A stretch of 23,111 nt of DNA, taken from contig RQSC01000020.1 of the NCBI GenBank assembly GCA_013416795.1, positions 273,188-296,298 of the forward strand. Direction: 5' to 3'. Of this stretch, positions 21,305 to 23,111 are shown in pieces (position 1 is the first letter of the stretch; every line of letters begins with the position of its first letter). The position numbers were made by a program, and so were the translations under genes. This DNA comes from Prasinococcaceae sp. CCMP 1430 (Eukaryota; Plantae; Prasinodermophyta). Below the pieces are notes generated by a model. It had not been told where the DNA came from, searched no databases, and saw only the letters and a program-made list of their open reading frames with translations.

Positions 21305-22544
21305 GACGCCGCCCTGCGCGCGTGCGGCACGGCGACCATCGTCGGCACGGGCGTGAGCGCCGCCGCCGTGCGCGAGCTCGAGCGCGAGGCGCGCGCGTTC
21401 TTCGCGGCGCCCGAGGAGACCAAGGCCAGCGTGGTGAGCGCGCGCGTGCAAGCGCGCGAAGAGGCACCTAACCCCCACCTCACACACACGCGCGCACACA
21501 GGCGCAACTAGGCACGCGCGTGCGCCCCGCTTCTCGCGCTGAACCGCACACACGCACGCGCACGCACACACGCGCCGCGCTTACACCAGGCGGCCGCGTA
21601 CTACGGCGACACGGGCTACTGCGCGCCGGGCGTGGAGTCGGTGTCGCGCACGGCTGTGGACAACGACGCGCCGCAGCGGCCGCCCGACGCCGTCGAGTCG
21701 TTCGTGTACCACGGCCACGCCGGGCGCGACAAGCTGCCCTCCGAGGCGGCGCTGCCGGGCTTCGCGTCGGCGCTGGGGCGCTACTGGGGCGAGCTCGAGG
21801 CGCTCACGCGCGCGCTCATGTCCCTCAGCGCCGCGGCGCTGGGGCTGGAGGAGGACCACTTCGAGGCCGCGTACGCGCGGCACGCCTCCGTGCTGCGCCT
21901 CGCGCACTACCCGCCGGCGGCCGCAGCGGTGAGCGCGCGCGGCGAGGGCGAGGCGGCGGCCGGTCGCCTGCGGTACGGCGAGCACACCGACTACATCGGC
22001 TTCACCATCCTCTTCCAGGACGACTCGCCGCGCCCGGGCCTCGAGGTGCGCATGCCGGGGGGCGAGTTCGTGGACGTGCCGCCGCTGCCGTCGACCGCCG
22101 CGGACGGCGCGGACGGGGGCGGAGGCGTGAGCTTCACCGTCAACGTGGCGGATATGATCGCGCGGTGGACAAACGACAGGTGTGTGTTTGCTTGGGGATG
22201 CGCGTGTGTGTTTGTGCATGCGTGTGTGCGTGATGCTGTGCGTGTGCACTCTGCGCGTGCTCGAGGCCTCCGACGGTATGTGGGTGTAGCTGAAGTGGCC
22301 CTGACCCCCTCATACCCCCCTGCACGCGATCGCGCGGTGGACCAACGGCAGGTGGCCGTCGCCGCTGCACCGCGTGGCCAACGGCGCGCCGGGAGCGGAG
22401 AGGGGCCGCCTCAGCGTGGTGTTCTTCTCGGGGCCGAGCAACGACACGCTCGTGGAGTGCCTGCCGGGCTGCGGCGAGCCCAAGTACGCGCCCGTGGTGT
22501 GCGGGGAGTACCTCAGGGCCAAGCTCGAGGCCTCCAACGGCTGA
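21305..22544 (+). CDS. IPNS/flavonol-synthase-like 2OG-Fe(II) dioxygenase (DIOX_N + 2OG-FeII_Oxy); exons ~21305-21433, 21590-22179, 22352-22544; 5' end unresolved
   Basis: ARAFFAAPEETK, GYCAPGVE, PDAVESF, VLRLAHYPP, GEHTDYIGFTIL (HxD), VNVADMIARWTNDR|WPSPLHRV (distal His), RLSVVFF (RxS). Splice phases 0 and 2 are compatible. Confidence 0.9.
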
Positions 22545-22707
22545 GGGTGCTGCAACGCTTCGGCCACGCGCGCGGTGTGCACGCATATACTGTACACAAA
22601 CACACACCTAGACGCACACACGCGCACTCGCACGCACACACACACGTTCGCGCGCGCTCACACCCCGCCATGTACAAAAGGAACGCGCCGTTCGTTACAG
22701 AGGAAAC

Positions 22708-22713
22708 AATAAA
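22708..22713 (+). terminator. Candidate polyadenylation signal AATAAA
   Basis: A-rich patch ~165 nt after the dioxygenase stop codon. Confidence 0.35.
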
Positions 22714-23111
22714 AATGAGAGCATGTCACGTGCCAGCCAGCACGCCGGGCGCAGCCTCGGCTCGTCGGCTCGATCGTGCGCCGATCCGCCGCCGCCACCG
22801 CCCGCGCACGTGTGCGGAGCGCCTCAGGTCGCGCCCACACCTCCATCTCACCATCTACCACATCCGCTTATCCCCCCCAGCCCCCACCCGCCCACCCACC
22901 CGCCCACCCATCCCCGCATCGCCCACACCCTTTCTACCAGCCCGGCCCCCTAGTGTACATACGTCGACGCTGCGTGCGCATGTGCGCGAGTGCGCGCGTG
23001 CCTTGGCACGCACGGGCGCGTGCGCTCAGAACCTGTGCGACATGCCCGCCCGCATGGGCACGCCCGGCGTGGCCGCGGGCCGCGGCGGCGGCGGGGAGCG
23101 CTGCTGCGACG

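Noticed and set aside
22658-23111. Possible 3' end of a convergent minus-strand gene at the window edge
   Set aside because: Only short low-complexity ORFs and no recognisable motif; cannot be supported from this window.

Overview
Compact, very GC-rich eukaryotic nuclear DNA with spliceosomal GT-AG introns. The plant-like ADK, Miro, PSF2 and neurochondrin sequences together with IFT43 suggest a prasinophyte-grade green alga (inference). Genes read by manual splicing, in order: adenosine kinase (+), GINS PSF2 (-), Miro GTPase (+), an apparent in-frame fusion of an HFDKDE-type 2OG-Fe(II) dioxygenase with neurochondrin (-), NAD(P)HX epimerase NAXE (+), IFT43 (-, 5' end in a 472-N gap), an atypical Tyr-less SDR (+, 5' end in the gap), two tandem unrecognised multi-pass membrane proteins built from a ~110-aa YCA..EHV repeat (-), a RecQ helicase (-) and an IPNS-like 2OG-Fe(II) dioxygenase (+). 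The most interesting signals are: (1) the unrecognised membrane repeat-protein pair in a lower-GC island; (2) introns whose ends duplicate the adjacent exon sequence (30/36 and 22/24 nt), a tandem-duplication intron-gain signature; (3) introns with GT-rich 5' and CA-rich 3' arms and no polypyrimidine tract; (4) the dioxygenase-neurochondrin fusion. All exon structures were derived by eye from splice signals, phase compatibility and remembered family motifs. No database search or transcript evidence was available.
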